Source of the DNA: an uncultured Dehalococcoidales bacterium
Lineage (GTDB): Bacteria; Chloroflexota; Dehalococcoidia; Dehalococcoidales; E44-bin46
Direction: 5' to 3'
Assembly: GCA_964354655.1 (NCBI GenBank)
Contig: CAYHAL010000004.1
Span: forward strand, 2,841-66,840
DNA length: 64,000 nt
Made by a program: the position numbers and the translations under genes. A model generated the notes under the pieces. It saw only the letters and a program-made list of their open reading frames with translations, did no database searches and was not told where the DNA came from. Below, piece by piece: positions 56,703 to 64,000 of this stretch (the stretch's first letter is position 1; each line of letters opens with the position of its first letter).

Positions 56703-58016
56703 CTACACCAATCGGTGAAAGACTAGTCCGGCTGGCAGTTTGGGATAGAAGTAGGTTGATTTCCGGGGCATCCGGTCACCGGCATCAGCAATGGCTTTGA
56801 CCACTTCCACCCTAACCGGACTTAATAGAAAGGCTAGTTGATATTCCTGGTTTAGCACCCTGTTTACTGCATCCAGCTTATCATAACTATAATTAAGGAA
56901 CGCTTCCTCGCTACCCCCGCCCAGCCCTAGTAACTTCTCCAGTATAATATGGTCAAGAATACTAACCGCTAACCGCTTATATAGCTGACAGTGAAAGTAA
57001 GGTATCATATGGCTAGTAGCAGCAAAGTCGCGCAACCTTAGTAAATAAAGGCGCTCTGGGGCTAAACCAAAAAGTATTAATCTGACCTGGTCGGTATCCC
57101 CAACCAATAAATCCTCGACCCGCTGCCAAATACCGGGGGTACTTAGTGGCATCTCTTCCACTTCAAAGAATAAACTCAACTTAGCCAGCAGCCCACCTAA
57201 GCTAGCTCTTGCTATACCGCGAACCAGCCGGTGAGGCGGTAGAATAATAAGCCCTGGGTCGGCGAAGCTTACCAGGGTCATCATCACAAAATTAAACCCC
57301 TCGTCTCCCGATAATGATGCGGCACAAGCCTGTCTTTCCCGCTGATGGGTAAGAGCACTCTCGTAGCGATGATGTCCATCAGCAATATAAAGCGGCTTAC
57401 GAGCCAAGCTGGCGCATATCTGACTTATAACCCCGGGCTCAGTGATAGCCAAAATACGGTGGCTCTCTCCGGTAGCCGTGCTCAGACTAATCATCGGCTG
57501 GCTTCGTTCCGCTAAAGCTAACAATGAAGCGATGCGCTTTCCTTGGTCTTCATATAGAGCTAAAATCGGGCTGGTATTGGCTTGGAGCGCCCATAATAGG
57601 CTTAGCCGGTCATTCCCTGGCACAGCTAACGTGCCCTCATGGGGGCGAATTACCTTCTTATCCCATTCCTCCAACCTAACACAAACGATTATCCCCCGGC
57701 GTCTATATTGCTTTTCCTGATGCACAAAATAGTGGTCATGGAGATAAATGGCAGGCGCCTCATCAACCTTAAGAATACCTAGCTTCAGCCACTGCTCCAG
57801 GGTAGCTGCCGAACGAGTATACTTATTGTCCATAATCGTGTCCTGCGGTAACTGCCGACCCTGCTCCAATCGGACAAAGTTATACTCGCTTAGGTGATAA
57901 AGCTCTTGCCCTAGCTGAGGGGTAATGACGTCATAAGGGGGACAGATAACAGATGACAGGTCGTTAACCAACTGTTGATTATAACGGACGCCCCGGAAGG
58001 AGCGAATCTCAGCCAT
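56703..58016 (-). CDS. DUF1015-family protein
   Basis: 437 aa. The N-terminus (I..FRG.RYN......V..PPYDVI) and the IADGHHR block are characteristic of DUF1015. Confidence 0.8.
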   Translation of the reverse strand: MAEIRSFRGVRYNQQLVNDLSSVICPPYDVITPQLGQELYHLSEYNFVRLEQGRQLPQDTIMDNKYTRSAATLEQWLKLGILKVDEAPAIYLHDHYFVHQEKQYRRRGIIVCVRLEEWDKKVIRPHEGTLAVPGNDRLSLLWALQANTSPILALYEDQGKRIASLLALAERSQPMISLSTATGESHRILAITEPGVISQICASLARKPLYIADGHHRYESALTHQRERQACAASLSGDEGFNFVMMTLVSFADPGLIILPPHRLVRGIARASLGGLLAKLSLFFEVEEMPLSTPGIWQRVEDLLVGDTDQVRLILFGLAPERLYLLRLRDFAATSHMIPYFHCQLYKRLAVSILDHIILEKLLGLGGGSEEAFLNYSYDKLDAVNRVLNQEYQLAFLLSPVRVEVVKAIADAGDRMPRKSTYFYPKLPAGLVFHRLV

Positions 58017-58089
58017 GCTTTACCTAATCCTCTTCTAACTGAATCCAGGCAGGTGATTCTTCCCTGACCTAGTTTACTGTATGCCCTAG

Positions 58090-60219
<2,130 letters not shown>

Positions 60220-60253
60220 CTTGACATGGAAAATGAAGTTTATCAAGGGTAGA

Positions 60254-60276
60254 TTGAAGGGGCGAAGCCCCTTCAA
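60254..60276. repeat. hairpin ttgaaggggc-gaa-gccccttcaa
   Basis: 10-bp perfect stem, 35 nt after the ligA stop. Confidence 0.7.
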
Positions 60277-60280
60277 ATCC

Positions 60281-60328
60281 TATACTCCCCCTCTCCTTTG
60301 AAGGAGAGGGGGAGTATAGGGGGTGAGG
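60281..60328. repeat. composite element, left copy: long hairpin (tatactccccctctcc..ggagagggggagtata) plus 10-mer gggggtgagg
   Basis: 16-bp perfect stem. The blocks ccccctctcc / ggagaggggg / gggggtgagg are repeated in inverted order at 60935-60976. Confidence 0.75.
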
Positions 60329-60343
60329 TAGGAAGTAGTCTTA

Positions 60344-60922
60344 ATGAAGTTAATTGTAGGACTAGGTAACCCGGGACGCGGTTATGCCAATAACCGCCAT
60401 AATGTAGGATTTGCCTGCCTTAACCATTTTGCCAGGACAGAGGGCATACGATTTGATAAAAAGCAAGGCAAAGCCCGGATTGGCATCGGTGAGGTAGCTG
60501 GCAGCAAAGTAGTCTTAGCCAAACCCCAGACCTATGTGAACCTGAGTGGTCAGTCAGTTAGCCGTCTGATAAAGAGATTTAACATCAACCTTAACGACCT
60601 TATAGTTATCCATGATGACCTTGACCTCCCGTTGGGCAAAATCCGCATCCGCCAGGGTAGTAGCTCTGGTGGGCATAAAGGAATTGATTCTATTATCTCT
60701 TCCCTGGGAAGCCAGGATTTTACCCGCCTCCGGGTAGGTATTGGACGACCAACCACCGAAGGCTTTGCCGAAACCAGCGAAACTGATATTGTTGCTTATG
60801 TACTTAGTAATTTCACCCCTGACGAAAAACAAATTATAGTCCAAGTCATCCCCGGGGTGAGTGAAGCCATTTACTGCCTCCTCAGCGAAGGTCTAGCAGT
60901 AGCTATGAACAAATATAACTAG
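60344..60922 (+). CDS. pth: peptidyl-tRNA hydrolase
   Basis: 192 aa; LIVGLGNPG..Y..NRHN.GF, ..HDDLDLP.GK.R....GS.GGHKG blocks. Confidence 0.93.
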   Translation: MKLIVGLGNPGRGYANNRHNVGFACLNHFARTEGIRFDKKQGKARIGIGEVAGSKVVLAKPQTYVNLSGQSVSRLIKRFNINLNDLIVIHDDLDLPLGKIRIRQGSSSGGHKGIDSIISSLGSQDFTRLRVGIGRPTTEGFAETSETDIVAYVLSNFTPDEKQIIVQVIPGVSEAIYCLLSEGLAVAMNKYN

Positions 60923-60934
60923 AATATTTATTAA

Positions 60935-60976
60935 CCTCACCCCCTTAATCCCCCTCTCCTTGAAAAGGAGAGGGGG
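60935..60976. repeat. composite element, right copy (inverted): cctcaccccc plus hairpin ccccctctcc-ttgaaaa-ggagaggggg
   Basis: All three 10-nt blocks are identical to the reverse complement of the left copy; only the spacers differ. Confidence 0.75.
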
Positions 60977-61065
60977 AGGAAAAGAAAGAGGGGTTATAAC
61001 CCATCTAAAACTCCCTAATAGTTAGCCTATCCAGAGAGAGTTTCAGCCTATCTAAGGAACGTTAA

Positions 61066-61247
61066 AGAGAGGCAAAGCCTCTCCTATAAAGCTAATCCCC
61101 CCCCCCATAATAGGGAGATGTATTCTTAGCATGAGGGGGAGGAGATTTTAGAGAGGGGCGAAGCTCCTCTCTTACCTACACTCCCCCTTCCCTTAATAAG
61201 GGAATGGGGTCAGGCGGGTTCCCAGAAAAATCTATGATTTTTCTGGG
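61066..61247. repeat. array of four further dissimilar GC-rich hairpins
   Basis: The hairpins are gagagg-caaag-cctctc (61067-61083), agagagggg-cgaag-ctcctctct (61150-61172) and ccccttccctta/taagggaatgggg (61184-61209). The fourth is a perfect 12-bp stem, cccagaaaaatc-tat-gatttttctggg (61221-61247). Confidence 0.65.
61097..61106. repeat. C10 homopolymer tract
   Basis: Ten consecutive C residues counted in the intergenic hairpin region. Confidence 0.8.
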
Positions 61248-61279
61248 TGCTGGGGGGATAGGTTACTAAACAACCTCTC

Positions 61280-61309
61280 TTGGCTAAGGTTTAGTTCAGG
61301 TGATATAAT
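61280..61309 (+). promoter_or_regulatory. promoter candidate TTGGCT-N18-TGaTATAAT (extended -10)
   Basis: Read directly, 25 nt upstream of the GTG start at 61334. Confidence 0.45.
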
Positions 61310-61333
61310 CCATAAAAGAAAGAGAGTTACCGA

Positions 61334-61816
61334 GTGGGAAGTAACCAGAAATTTATTGCCGTTATTGGTGGTAGCCAACCTTCGTCAGAGGAAGCCAAGT
61401 TGGCTGAAGCGGTAGGGCGTGAGCTGGCTAAACGTGGGGCTATCTTGGTCTGCGGCGGCTTAGGTGGGGTTATGGAGGCAGCCTGCAAAGGCGCCAGCTC
61501 TGAGGGTGGGATAACCGTCGGCATTCTCCCCGGGGATAGTCGTCAGGCAGCAAACCCCTATGTCCAAATCCCTATCGTTACCGGAATAGGCTATGCTAGA
61601 AATGTTGCCGTGGTTAGAACAGCTCAGGCAGTTATCGCCATTGGTGGCAACTATGGCACCCTTTCTGAGATAAGCCACGCTTTACAAAGCGGCATCCCGG
61701 TTATCGGTCTAAATACCTGGACACTATCCAAAAATGACCGACAGGATAACTCAATTATTATAGTTCAAAGCCCCGCTGAAGCAGTGGACAAAGCTCTTAG
61801 CTCAATCACAGATTAG
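61334..61816 (+). CDS. TIGR00725-type Rossmann-fold protein (LOG/lysine-decarboxylase-like family)
   Basis: 160 aa; IAVIGG......A..LG..LA..G..LVCGG.GGVMEA...GA...GG..VGILPG and the GT..E blocks. Confidence 0.8.
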   Translation: MGSNQKFIAVIGGSQPSSEEAKLAEAVGRELAKRGAILVCGGLGGVMEAACKGASSEGGITVGILPGDSRQAANPYVQIPIVTGIGYARNVAVVRTAQAVIAIGGNYGTLSEISHALQSGIPVIGLNTWTLSKNDRQDNSIIIVQSPAEAVDKALSSITD

Positions 61817-61842
61817 TGCTCAAAAAGGTAAAGGAGGCTGCG

Positions 61843-64000
<2,158 letters not shown>

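Noticed and set aside
60254-61247. CRISPR array.
   Set aside because: The palindromic units differ in sequence and spacing. There are no identical direct repeats with unique spacers, and no cas genes are in the window.

Overview
This 64-kb window is from a bacterial chromosome. Gene content suggests an anaerobic, Chloroflexota/Dehalococcoidia-like organism: a TAT-less RdhA-like protein, tungsten-type aldehyde:ferredoxin oxidoreductase, ADP-forming acetyl-CoA synthetase, a split methylmalonyl-CoA mutase and 4-hydroxybutyryl-CoA dehydratase. The lineage is inference only. Housekeeping genes sit at both edges: trpB-trpA on the left; ribF-tyrS-aminotransferase-serA, ligA, pth, eno and gap on the right. 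They bracket a ~49-kb mosaic of acyl-CoA metabolism and an fdx-AOR-TRAP-RdhA-like-YcaO cluster. The mosaic also holds a Na+-decarboxylase beta/gamma pair, a P-type ATPase, small RNA-binding proteins, a three-tRNA operon, and many decayed mobile elements and truncated genes.

The most unusual observation is a tRNA-Thr(CGU) gene split into a 3' half (2370-2411, +) and a 5' half (51294-51330, -). Both halves retain the 7-nt anticodon loop, and their non-tRNA flanks are related, which implies a ~48.9-kb inversion or mobile-element event at the anticodon loop.

Other leads:
- An AT-rich RdhA-like/YcaO gene pair.
- A UPF0261/PEP-hydrolase-like operon whose promoter overlaps a perfect palindrome.
- pth bracketed by inverted composite hairpin repeats, next to an array of different hairpins.
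- An unannotated OadG-like small ORF.
- A bacterial tRNA-Arg(GCG).

No CRISPR array or rRNA was seen. All calls rest on reading the translations and sequence by eye; no database search was run.
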